From a plasmid: 64,000 nt of DNA. The position numbers and the translations under genes are program-made. Positions 52,451-64,000 of this stretch are shown piece after piece (positions within the stretch are counted from its first letter, which is position 1; the number at the start of each line of letters is the position of its first letter). The DNA is taken from the NCBI RefSeq assembly GCF_054482525.1, contig NZ_JBTHVG010000007.1. One strand, given 5' to 3'. Below the pieces are notes generated by a model. It saw nothing but the letters and a program-made list of their open reading frames with translations. It did no database searches and was not told the origin of the DNA.

Positions 52451-53178
52451 CAGTTGCCCTCCCCGTCACGGATGACATACACATCCATGCGCGCACCTGC
52501 CAGTAACTGGCTGGCAGGCTGGCTGAACATCACGGCACGGGTTCCCGGCTGCCAGAAGTCACTTTCCCGGATATTCAGGGCAGACAGCGTTTTATTTTCC
52601 ACGGCAAAGCGGACCATCTTCAGGTGATTCCCCGTCCATACGGCATCTGCCACTGAAGACAGCCCCGCCGGGGCCTGCAGGGTTTCCTTTGTCACTGGGA
52701 CCTGATACCAGCCTGCGGGTAATTTTCCGCCACGGACGGCCTGGCTGATGGTCACAAGCAGGGATTCGTAAGGCGTGGACGTTTCCCACGCACCGGCTTC
52801 TTCTCCGGTTCCGCGCAGGTCACTGACCAGCTGAATGGTACGCCCCGCGCCTTCACGGGGAACGGCCTGAATGGAAAGATTCAGACCACGTTCTGTTTCC
52901 AGAATGAACGTAAAGGGCTTTTTGTTGACGGTGGCAACCACCACACCGCCGGAGGCGGTCTGCTCATTATTGGTCAGGGCACCATCCAGACTGTTCACGG
53001 CGATAATCCGGTCACCGGGAACGGTAAACAGATTCGGGCTGGTATTGCTGATGGCAATACTGGCCTGACCACCGTTCACCATTGGCACCACGGTGGGGGC
53101 CAGCGTACCGTTTGCGGCCATCACGCTGCAGGAAAAAAACAGGCTGCCGAATATTATTGCCGTATTATTTTTTCTCAT
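52450..53178 (-). CDS. traK: TraK (secretin-like)
   Basis: 242-aa ORF with signal peptide. Confidence 0.9.
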   Translation of the reverse strand: MRKNNTAIIFGSLFFSCSVMAANGTLAPTVVPMVNGGQASIAISNTSPNLFTVPGDRIIAVNSLDGALTNNEQTASGGVVVATVNKKPFTFILETERGLNLSIQAVPREGAGRTIQLVSDLRGTGEEAGAWETSTPYESLLVTISQAVRGGKLPAGWYQVPVTKETLQAPAGLSSVADAVWTGNHLKMVRFAVENKTLSALNIRESDFWQPGTRAVMFSQPASQLLAGARMDVYVIRDGEGN

Positions 53179-53731
53179 CGTCTGTTTCCCCGAAATTATC
53201 CAGCCAGGTCACCCCGTTTTCCCGCTTCAGAATAAGGATGTAATGTTTGATATCAGTGAAAGGTTTTGAATCACCAATCCAGGTTTTAAGCACACCTCGA
53301 ATTTCCACACGGCCATACTGAGGCCAGACACGAACACTGGTCTGGAAAAAGGCTGAGTTCACGTTATCGTTTTTAATACGCTTCGCTTCTTCAGCCAGAA
53401 TAACTTTCATCTGGTTCTGTGCGCCCGGGCGGATATATTGCAGAAGCGCCTGATGTGAGGCATCGACGGTTTCTGATGAAACATTCAGACGGAGGGCAAT
53501 AAATGACAGCGCCATCTGCTGTAAATAAGAGGCGTCGGCACTGTTCTGTGACACGGCAAAGGGGGCATTAAATGCCATTGGCGTCACGGCAGTGCGTTGC
53601 TCATTCTGAAGACGGTAGTTATTCACCCCCTGAATGACGTTAACAGAGAGGCTGAGAACAATAAGCACTGACATAAATATAAAGGCGATGGCCATTACAC
53701 GACTGGTACTTAAACGGGCACCGTGTTCCAT
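53165..53731 (-). CDS. traE: TraE
   Basis: 188-aa ORF with N-terminal TM segment. Confidence 0.9.
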   Translation of the reverse strand: MEHGARLSTSRVMAIAFIFMSVLIVLSLSVNVIQGVNNYRLQNEQRTAVTPMAFNAPFAVSQNSADASYLQQMALSFIALRLNVSSETVDASHQALLQYIRPGAQNQMKVILAEEAKRIKNDNVNSAFFQTSVRVWPQYGRVEIRGVLKTWIGDSKPFTDIKHYILILKRENGVTWLDNFGETDDEKK

Positions 53732-53752
53732 ATAACAATCCTGGTATCAGTT

Positions 53753-54064
53753 CTATTTAATCCACTGCCGGAAACACGAATCGGGAACATTATGAAAAAT
53801 ACCGCGCAGCAGGGCTGTTGGCATATACCAGTAAATCAGGTCACGTAACCAGGAACTGCCCCGCCCTTTTTTCAGTTTTTTAATCCCGAAATAAACCAGA
53901 ACCGCTGCACCAATACCGAACAGATATTTCGATGTTGTGATACCCCAGCCAATACAGATTGCTGCGGGGATCAGTTCATCCAGTGGCAGGCCAAACCAGC
54001 GGCTCTGGTTGGTCAGTGTTTCCGGGAAACGATATTTCTTAAGTTTATTCTCGTCTCCCGACAT
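53753..54064 (-). CDS. traL: TraL
   Basis: Small membrane ORF upstream of traE. Confidence 0.8.
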
Positions 54065-54078
54065 CGTTTTATTTCCTG

Positions 54079-54444
54079 TCAGAGGCCAACGACGGCCATA
54101 CCCACAGCAATAAATACAGAGATGATGGCAAAACCGGCCAGGAACTTGACGTTTTTGGTCATCATGTACATGACAGCACCGACCAGAACTTCAGCCAGAA
54201 CAACCCATTTAACAACACTGGAGTCCTTACCGAAGGTCGCCTTAACCGTGGTGTTACCGCTTGCCATCAGGTCCTGACCACTGCTGCCGGCGGCCATCGC
54301 CAGCTGCGGGAAGAACATCATCAGAACAGCAGCCGGGATCACTGCGCGAGCCAGGCGAAGCATATTCAGACGAGTGAATTTAGAAAAAAACGACTTCTTT
54401 TTGACGGGCGCAGAAGCACCCTGAACACTTAAAACAGCATTCAT
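54079..54444 (-). CDS. traA: TraA propilin (F pilin precursor)
   Basis: 121-aa [124 protein letters not shown]. Confidence 0.95.
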
Positions 54445-54476
54445 AAGTTACCTCAATTTCGGATAAATGAATAAAA

Positions 54477-54878
54477 CTAGAGTGTATTAAATGTTATATC
54501 TTCCTCTTTATCTGCCTCCCTGAATATCTCCGAGTTATAAAAATCAGGAAACTTGATCAAATGATCAATAACTCTGTCTGCAGCCTCATCTGTTTTACAC
54601 CATCCACTACGATTTTTGGCTGCAATAAGTAGCTGGTTAGTTTCATCATCCAGACGCATTGTCAGATACTTAACCAGCGACTTACCATAGATATTCCCTG
54701 CCCTGTTAAACTTTGGATAGCGGTGAAGATGATCTTTAAGTCTTATTACTGCCTCAAACGATCGACTTCTTCCGCTTCTGTTACTTGCCTCAATTAATAG
54801 ACTTTCCACATCTACAGGTAATTTTAGTTTTACCATCTTACCTGTTGCAGAACGTGTACCAAATCTTTTCAATAACAC
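54477..54878 (-). CDS. traY: TraY (ribbon-helix-helix relaxosome accessory protein)
   Basis: 133-aa ORF with duplicated RHH-like segments; position upstream of traA. Confidence 0.85.
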   Translation of the reverse strand: MLLKRFGTRSATGKMVKLKLPVDVESLLIEASNRSGRSRSFEAVIRLKDHLHRYPKFNRAGNIYGKSLVKYLTMRLDDETNQLLIAAKNRSGWCKTDEAADRVIDHLIKFPDFYNSEIFREADKEEDITFNTL

Positions 54879-54970
54879 CTCCCGCTGTTTATCTTCTGGT
54901 TACCACTTATGTTTACAGAATAATCAGAAAAGGTAAATAGACGGAAAGTCTATATTTTATTAACACCTTA

Positions 54971-55660
54971 TTAACGCGTATTTATGATACACATAGCCTT
55001 CTCGTATAAATAATAAATAAACTTTTTATTGTAGAGTAAGATAATTAACTCATCTTTATTAGAAACAGAGAAGTAGTCGCATATCAGAGATGCGTGTTTC
55101 TTTGATGTGGAGATGGATATATTTAATATTCTTGCTATAGCATTATGACTGATTCCGGTGCTATATAAGTAAAAGACATCATTTACATATGATGATACAG
55201 AAGAATCATCACTCATTCTTCTGATTATATTTCTGATATCATCACTGACAATCGTTTTTTGATTATAACTGTCTTTATGACGAACATGAGCAGCATCATA
55301 AAATTGCCACAGAATAATATTTCTGTGTCCATTAAGAAATGACTGGACAGATATTGTCCAGAATCTGTTCTGAATAAAAACATCCTCTACAAGATTAAGA
55401 TGCGTATGCTCATTCCTGTATGCTTCCATCTCTGTGACAGAGATCAATTCACAAAAATCTCTCTGCGACAGAAGCCATTTTTCAGCACTTTGATCTTGTG
55501 TAAGAAATGACTCATGAAACAGCGTATTGCAAAAAATAAATTTTCCAGTTTCGTCCCTGATACAGGCTGGATTTGGATAATCCTGAATAACTGCCGTCAG
55601 ATTTTCCAGCAGATCTATTTGACGAGCATGTTTTTGTTGAATACGATCCATCGGATACAT
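54971..55660 (-). CDS. traJ: TraJ transfer activator
   Basis: 229 aa from MYPMDRIQQKH... preceded by GAGGAGG; low-GC gene between traM and traY. Confidence 0.85.
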   Translation of the reverse strand: MYPMDRIQQKHARQIDLLENLTAVIQDYPNPACIRDETGKFIFCNTLFHESFLTQDQSAEKWLLSQRDFCELISVTEMEAYRNEHTHLNLVEDVFIQNRFWTISVQSFLNGHRNIILWQFYDAAHVRHKDSYNQKTIVSDDIRNIIRRMSDDSSVSSYVNDVFYLYSTGISHNAIARILNISISTSKKHASLICDYFSVSNKDELIILLYNKKFIYYLYEKAMCIINTR

Positions 55661-55662
55661 AG

Positions 55663-55741
55663 GAACCTCCTCACAAAGGATTCTATGGACAGTCGATGCA
55701 GGGAGGAGAGAACTCCCTGCATCGGCGATTTTCAAATTCAA
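55663..55741 (+). ncRNA. finP: FinP antisense RNA (approximate ends)
   Basis: Plus-strand stem-loop GATGCAGGGAG...CTCCCTGCATCG followed by GCGATTTT, antisense to the traJ leader. Confidence 0.55.
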
Positions 55742-55846
55742 ATTTTAACGTGGCATTAACCACGTAATTAATATACTAATTATCTTTCGTACTGTCACCT
55801 TTTTAAATCATAAAAACTCTGATATTTGAACGAAGTCAAATTTCTT

Positions 55847-56230
55847 TTATTCATCATCATTTTTTGGAAAAAATCGTTCCATCTCAGATGATACCTTCTC
55901 CCTGATATCTTCAACCATATTGGCATATTCAAACTTTGGATTTCCGGAGACATGAGGACTGAGAGACTCAATACCCAAAATTTTCGCTACTGATGATTGT
56001 GTTTTTACAACGCATTCAAGAAGCAATTTATTAAACTCAGTCTGATTAAATGCAGACTCTTTACGCTCCATCTGAGCCTCATGTACACGAAGCCCCAGTT
56101 CAAGAAGCATTGAAGCTGTTGCTGAAAAACTGACATCTTTTTCCCTTGCCCCTTCCTGTCGACGCTTCTCAATAATCGCATTTATTTTTTCATAGGCATC
56201 ATTGCTGATATACAGGTTCACCTTAGCCAT
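55847..56230 (-). CDS. traM: TraM relaxosome protein
   Basis: 127-aa ORF MAKVNLYISNDAYEKINAIIEKRRQEGAREKDVSFSATASMLLELGLRVHEAQ... Confidence 0.95.
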   Translation of the reverse strand: MAKVNLYISNDAYEKINAIIEKRRQEGAREKDVSFSATASMLLELGLRVHEAQMERKESAFNQTEFNKLLLECVVKTQSSVAKILGIESLSPHVSGNPKFEYANMVEDIREKVSSEMERFFPKNDDE

Positions 56231-56249
56231 TAGAGATTACCTTTTTTGA

Positions 56250-56640
56250 ACATAAAATAAAGTTAATTTCGAAACACTAAAATTCATAATGCAAACAGGG
56301 ACGCACCGCTAGCAGCGCCCCTAGCGGTATCCTATAAAAAAACACACCGCGCCGCTAGCAGCACCCCTAATATAAAATAATGTTTTTTATAAAAATAGTC
56401 AGTACCACCCCTACAAAGCGGTGTCGGCGCGTTGTTGTAGCCGCGCCGACACCGCTTTTTTAAATATCATAAAGAGAGTAAGAGAAACTAATTTTTCATA
56501 ACTCTCTATTTATAAAGAAAAATCAGCAAAAACTTGTTTTTGCGTGGGGTGTGGTGCTTTTGGTGGTGAGAACCACCAACCTGTTGAGCCTTTTTGTGGA
56601 GTGGGTTAAATTATTTACGGATAAAGTCACCAGAGGTGGA
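56250..56640. other. oriT region (nic site, TraM/TraY/IHF binding repeats)
   Basis: F-type nic region GTGGGGTGTGGTGCTTTTGGTGGTGAGAACCACCAAC near 56545-56580; long perfect inverted repeat AAGCGGTGTCGGCGCG...CGCGCCGACACCGCTT and direct repeats upstream. Confidence 0.8.
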
Positions 56641-56643
56641 AAA

Positions 56644-57153
56644 ATGAAAAAATGGATGTTAGCCATCTGCCTGATGTTTATAAATGAGATCTGCCAGGCC
56701 ACTGATTGCTTTGATCTTGCAGGCCGGGATTACAAAATAGATCCTGATTTACTGAGAGCAATATCATGGCAAGAATCCCGTTACCGGGTTAATGCCATCG
56801 GTATTAATCCGGTAACGGGATATGGCAGCGGACTGATGCAGGTAGATTCCCAGCATTTTAACGAACTGGCCCGCTACGGAATTAAGCCAGAACATCTGAC
56901 AACAGATCCCTGCATGAACATTTATACCGGTGCTTATTATCTGGCAATAGCATTTAAAAAATGGGGCGTCACCTGGGAGGCCGTTGGTGCATACAATGCC
57001 GGATTCAGGAAAACCGAACGCCAGAACCAGAGACGTCTTGCCTACGCATCAGATGTTTACCGGATTTATACTGGGATAAAAAGCAGTAAAGGTATCCGGC
57101 TTCCGGCCACGAAGAAATCACTTCCGGAAATTAACAGCGTGCAGAACAATTAA
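56644..57153 (+). CDS. Gene X / orf169 lytic transglycosylase (leading region)
   Basis: 169-aa product [19 protein letters not shown]... with lytic transglycosylase motifs ([13 protein letters not shown]...GLMQV). Confidence 0.8.
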   Translation: MKKWMLAICLMFINEICQATDCFDLAGRDYKIDPDLLRAISWQESRYRVNAIGINPVTGYGSGLMQVDSQHFNELARYGIKPEHLTTDPCMNIYTGAYYLAIAFKKWGVTWEAVGAYNAGFRKTERQNQRRLAYASDVYRIYTGIKSSKGIRLPATKKSLPEINSVQNN

Positions 57154-57449
57154 TCTTACAGACATTGTCAGATACCGGTTATGCCGCAAAAGCGGCATGG
57201 AAGGCCACACACAAAAATATCATATGAGTGACAATACTGACTGGCCGAAGCCCCGCGAAGCGGGAACCCATCTTATATATACCCGGTAACTGTGCAGCCT
57301 CCTGCCAGACCATTTTTCGCGGGCACAATATTTACAGACAACCGGAAATCCGGTTGATGAAATTGAGGTATATCAGACGACACAGCAATGCCGAAAAATG
57401 ATAATATAAGTAAAGCCCCGAAAATTTTTTCGGGGCTTTACTTATATTA

Positions 57450-58271
57450 TCATGACTTCCACTTTCTGAACTGTTCGGCAATCACCCATAACGCCTTGTT
57501 GATTCTTATATCACCATCAATACCTGTAATGGCTCTTGTCCTGGTATTTTTCCCGGAGGCACTTCGCCCCGATAATCCACCTTTTATCATATTCTCCTGA
57601 ACCCGCTGCCAGGTTGTCCAGAGATCGTTCTGTTTGTCTTCCCGACGACGGGGAGTAATTATCTGTTCAGGTGTCACTGGCGTTTTATTTTCATCTTCAT
57701 ACCTGACCATCAGTGCAGCTCTGCCAAATAAATGTTGCTCGTCACTGTTAAGATGAATTTCTTTCATCGCCTCCATATTATCAGTGACCTTATCAAAGAC
57801 ACCGAGCACTTCATACGCTCCCTCGATAACCTGCCCGACAATATCACCTTTATGTGGAACGCGGATTTCGCCAAAATTATTTCCGCACACCAGGCCATTT
57901 GTGCAGACAAAACGAAAAATTCCGGGGATCATCTGATAACTGGATGAACCATCATGTGAATTAAGCAGGATAATTTCAGGAACTTCCTGTCCGTTAATAT
58001 GCCCTTCCCTGCGAAGACGTAACATATGTTTACTGTATTCGCGACGTCCCAAATCACGAATCCGACTCTGACAGGCAAAGAATGGCTGGAAACCTTCATC
58101 ACGTAACTTATTGATGATATTGATTGTTGGAATATACGTATAACGTTCACTCCGGGACTCATGTTTATCACCGGAAAATACCGAAGGCACGAACTGCATT
58201 AATTCATCATCCGTTAAAGGACGTTCACGGCGGATGGAATTATACCGACCAAAACGGGAAGCTAATCGCAT
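57450..58271 (-). CDS. Conserved leading-region protein (DUF932-like)
   Basis: 273 aa from MRLASRFGRYNSIRRERPLTDDELMQF... preceded by AAAGGAG; 5' extension in the ORF track is probably untranslated. Confidence 0.5.
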   Translation of the reverse strand: MRLASRFGRYNSIRRERPLTDDELMQFVPSVFSGDKHESRSERYTYIPTINIINKLRDEGFQPFFACQSRIRDLGRREYSKHMLRLRREGHINGQEVPEIILLNSHDGSSSYQMIPGIFRFVCTNGLVCGNNFGEIRVPHKGDIVGQVIEGAYEVLGVFDKVTDNMEAMKEIHLNSDEQHLFGRAALMVRYEDENKTPVTPEQIITPRRREDKQNDLWTTWQRVQENMIKGGLSGRSASGKNTRTRAITGIDGDIRINKALWVIAEQFRKWKS

Positions 58272-58388
58272 AACAGCTACTCCTTTATGAAAGAATAAAT
58301 TTAATAAAAAATTTTTCCGCTTAATATCATCCCCCCGATCTCCATTAACAAGATTGCAACAATCAGGAGGGATATTCATCACATCCGG

Positions 58389-58676
58389 TCAGCAGATCGC
58401 CCGGATATCGAGGCCGGCACGCTTAATCTGACGCAGGAACTGTTTGAAGTGATCGGCTTCCGCAATGTTGATATGGCGGAACTGCTTATCCACACCCTGA
58501 CTGAGCGCGTAGCTATAACTGAAGGCCATCTTTTCCGGGTGGCTTTTGCGATATTTTTTCAGCTCAGTCAGGCTGCTGAATTCCAGGACGTCCCACTCTT
58601 CCCCGGTGTTTTTTTTCTTCCCGGCAACAAGAAGCGTGTACGACGCGGTGTTAACGTGGATATTTCGGGTACTCAT
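58389..58676 (-). CDS. Conserved leading-region hypothetical protein (95 aa)
   Basis: ORF tightly spaced with the downstream gene. Confidence 0.4.
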   Translation of the reverse strand: MSTRNIHVNTASYTLLVAGKKKNTGEEWDVLEFSSLTELKKYRKSHPEKMAFSYSYALSQGVDKQFRHINIAEADHFKQFLRQIKRAGLDIRAIC

Positions 58677-58721
58677 CCTGCTTTCTCCTCTCTCTGGTTT
58701 TCAGCCCCCATCATCTGTTGA

Positions 58722-60867
<2,146 letters not shown>

Positions 60868-61555
60868 TCACCCCTGGACTGGCGGAGACGGTTGTGGCTG
60901 TCTATGCCCCCGGCGACAGGGGCTTAAACTGGTGAATGGCACCGGACACAACAACGGGCAGGGACCCGCCGCAACGACGTGAAGCGCGGTTTGCGAAACG
61001 GCGTTGCGCCTTACATCCCGGCGCCTTTTGCCGGGATGCCGGGAGCGCAGGTCACGGCGCGACAGAGGCGGCGCGACCGGAACGGTCGCTGCAAGCCAGG
61101 GGTTTTCACGCATCGGACCGTAGCGACAGCCCGAAACCGCGCCAGCGGGTTCGGCGGAGACTGGCAGGTGCGCCAGCAGCTGCCTGTCGGAGTCGGGCCT
61201 GACGACCGGATGCCGCCAGGCAGCCGGGAGCCGAAGGTACGCCCGGCAGACAGGACAACACTGCAGTAGTCAGAATCAGAGCAGGAAGAAAAAGAGAATA
61301 ATCACAGGGAAGGTGATGTGATTTCTGACAGGCCATAACCAGAGAAGGCGGGGGAAAAGAACGGGCGCCGCAGGCGCGCGTTCATCCCCGTTCCTGAAGG
61401 GAAACGACCTTCCTGAAGTCAGGTTGTTCATGCCCGTACAACATCAGCAAGGAGAAAGGGGCTACCGGCGAACCAGCAGCCCCTTTATAAAGGCGCTTCA
61501 GTAGTCAGACCAGCATCAGTCCTGAAAAGGCGGGCCTGCGCCCGCCTCCAGGTTG

Positions 61556-61714
61556 CTACTTACCGGATTCGTAAGCCATGAAAGCCGCCACCTCCCTGTG
61601 TCCGTCTCTGTAACGAATCTCGCACAGCGATTTTCGTGTCAGATAAGTGAATATCAACAGTGTGAGACACACGATCAACACACACCAGACAAGGGAACTT
61701 CGTGGTAGTTTCAT
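61556..61714 (-). CDS. hok: Hok toxin (flm/hok locus of the leading region)
   Basis: 52-aa product [52 protein letters not shown]; terminator hairpin AGGCGGGCGCAGGCCCGCCTTTT downstream. Confidence 0.9.
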   Translation of the reverse strand: MKLPRSSLVWCVLIVCLTLLIFTYLTRKSLCEIRYRDGHREVAAFMAYESGK

Positions 61715-61772
61715 GGCCTTCTTCTCCTTGCGCAAAGCGCGGTAAGAGGCTATCCTGATGTGGACTAGACAT
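61560..61772 (-). CDS. mok: Mok (modulator of killing) overlapping reading frame
   Basis: 70-aa ORF overlapping hok in a different frame. Confidence 0.6.
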   Translation of the reverse strand: MSSPHQDSLLPRFAQGEEGHETTTKFPCLVCVDRVSHTVDIHLSDTKIAVRDSLQRRTQGGGGFHGLRIR

Positions 61773-61790
61773 AGGGATGCCTCGTGGTGG
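61715..61790 (+). ncRNA. sok: Sok antisense RNA region (approximate)
   Basis: Expected antisense to the mok/hok leader by homology of the locus; ends not determined. Confidence 0.35.
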
Positions 61791-61993
61791 TTAATGAAAA
61801 TTAACTTACTACGGGGCTATCTTCTTTCTGCCACACAACACGGCAACAAACCACCTTCACGTCATGAGGCAGAAAGCCTCAAGCGCCGGGCACATCATAG
61901 CCCATATACCTGCACGCTGACCACACTCACTTTCCCTGAAAATAATCCGCTCATTCAGACCGTTCACGGGAAATCCGTGTGATTGTTGCCGCA

Positions 61994-62713
61994 TCACGCT
62001 GCCTCCCGGAGTTTGTTCGGCACCATCCACCGCTCCATCTCACGAACAGCATGACCGACCACCCTTGCCGCCATACCAGCCTCTGCGATGACCTGCCAGA
62101 ATGGCATATCCTGCCACTGCCAGCGTTCCATTCCGGCCAGTGACGGAAAACGCTCGCCCCACTGCCAGAACAGGGTTTCCAGGTCATGCTCTGCCACCCG
62201 GTCACTCCAGCGTGCATACCAGCTTCCGACTGTTTCCGGCGAATGGAATGCCAGTTCGATTTCAGCCTGAGCGACCAGCGCCTGGTACGCACGGGCTTTC
62301 TGCTCTGCCTCCCTCGCCTGCTGGCGGCTGTACTTCTGCATGACCAGCGCGGATTTATGGCGACTGCGTTCCCTGACACGAAACCGCACCGACGGGAACA
62401 AGCGTTCTGCTGCATCGCCTGGAAGGGGAAGGAGGCAAACCTCGCCCTGTGTTTCAATCAGCACATCGATGGCATACAGCCACTGAAGACGGTTGCCGTG
62501 CAGTTCTTCTGCGGTCAGGGACGGCATGAAAAATCGCAGGTCAGACAGCGATATCCTGCGGCTTCCGTTCAGACAGCGGAAAAACGCCCCCGCATACGGA
62601 TATTCAGCCAGCGTGTTACCCTGATGGCGGCGTTTTTCGGTCTCCGCCACCGCCCGCCATGCGGCCTGTTGCTCTGTGCTGAGAGGAACCAGTGCCTGTG
62701 AACGTGCGCTCAT
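61994..62713 (-). CDS. psiA: PsiA (plasmid SOS inhibition protein A)
   Basis: 239-aa [56 protein letters not shown]... Confidence 0.9.
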   Translation of the reverse strand: MSARSQALVPLSTEQQAAWRAVAETEKRRHQGNTLAEYPYAGAFFRCLNGSRRISLSDLRFFMPSLTAEELHGNRLQWLYAIDVLIETQGEVCLLPLPGDAAERLFPSVRFRVRERSRHKSALVMQKYSRQQAREAEQKARAYQALVAQAEIELAFHSPETVGSWYARWSDRVAEHDLETLFWQWGERFPSLAGMERWQWQDMPFWQVIAEAGMAARVVGHAVREMERWMVPNKLREAA

Positions 62714-63147
62714 GCCTGACTTCCTTCCGCCATCAGGATATGGATGATGTCACTGACGCTGTACCCCTGCGCGTCCAGTGACGCCGCCAGTGCCAGTGAA
62801 TGGCTGACAGCTTCCGGTGCAAACCGCCGCTGTACCTGAACCACCGCAAACGGCTCACCACCGGCATTCACCAGAACCAGCACCCAGACCTGAGAGACAT
62901 CGCCCGGTGAACATAACGCCAGGTGAAAACGTTCGTGGGCAGGCGTGAAACGGACCTGGACGGGGAAAAAGCCGCCAAACTCGCTGCCGTACTCGCCGTT
63001 CATCGTCCAGTTATCCGGCGCATCCAGCTCCCGCATCACGGCGTGAGTCAGCTCACGGCGTTCATCACTTCCGGCAGCCCGGATATCTTCATATTCCTGT
63101 GTGTTCATGGTCTGTAATACATTCAGGGTCAGTTCAGTTTTCATCAC
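62710..63147 (-). CDS. psiB: PsiB (anti-SOS, RecA inhibitor)
   Basis: 145-aa [77 protein letters not shown]... Confidence 0.9.
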   Translation of the reverse strand: MMKTELTLNVLQTMNTQEYEDIRAAGSDERRELTHAVMRELDAPDNWTMNGEYGSEFGGFFPVQVRFTPAHERFHLALCSPGDVSQVWVLVLVNAGGEPFAVVQVQRRFAPEAVSHSLALAASLDAQGYSVSDIIHILMAEGSQA

Positions 63148-63423
63148 GGTATCTCCCTTGCTGCCGCCCCGTCTCCGGCGGGGCGGTGTGGTTGTTCATC
63201 AGGCGGCATCAGCCAGGTTATCGGTGCGTTCAGTGGCATCCGTCTGTGGGCGTGGTGCACACATCCAGCCTGGAACCCAGCGGTTGTCTTTCATATGGTG
63301 CTCTGCATGTTCAGCCGCATCACCTTTCTTCATCTTCTCCGCGTCCCGTGCGGCACCGGACAGCCCTGCCTTATTCAGGGCTGCGATAATCTGCGGCGGA
63401 CGTTCGCGCGTCGGGCACCTCTC

Positions 63424-64000
<577 letters not shown>

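Noticed and set aside
56250-56480. Direct and inverted repeats near 56300-56460 as a possible CRISPR array or iteron set
   Set aside because: Only two or three irregular copies with no regular repeat-spacer periodicity; location and sequence fit the TraM/TraY/IHF binding sites of an F-type oriT

Overview
This window is a segment of an F-like (IncFII) conjugative multiresistance plasmid. From left to right it contains: (1) a class 1 integron in the Tn21 context, with cassettes on the minus strand (partial chrA, truncated orf5, sul1, qacEdelta1, aadA, dfrA, attI1/Pc, intI1, IRi, tnpM, truncated tnpR); (2) an IS26-bounded resistance mosaic with three IS26 copies, a disrupted IS1182-family transposase, a putative nuclease gene, a truncated IS10, aac(3)-II, tmrB, and blaTEM-1 on a Tn2/Tn3 remnant abutting an IS1 fragment; (3) a DUF262 gene, pemIK, and the RepFII replicon (oriR, repA1, tap, copA, repA2) plus a hok-family srnB-like locus; (4) a complete F-type transfer region on the minus strand (finO, traX, traI, traD, traT, traS, traG, traH ... 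traA, traY, traJ, traM) with vapBC inserted between traD and traI, followed by oriT; (5) the leading region (gene X, an IS100-like element, hok/mok/sok, psiA, psiB, partial ssb). The most notable observation is a tRNA-Leu(UAA) gene carrying a group I intron in its anticodon loop, split into two pieces by an IS26 inversion whose 8-bp target duplication (CAGCAGAC) is still readable in inverted orientation. Other candidates are a putative restriction-like nuclease in the IS26-bounded segment, an IS1-truncated DUF262 gene, and an extra ORF homologous to the RepA1 N-terminus wedged between tap and repA1. Product names come from my recognition of the translated ORFs, not from a database search; hand-counted coordinates are approximate to a few bases.
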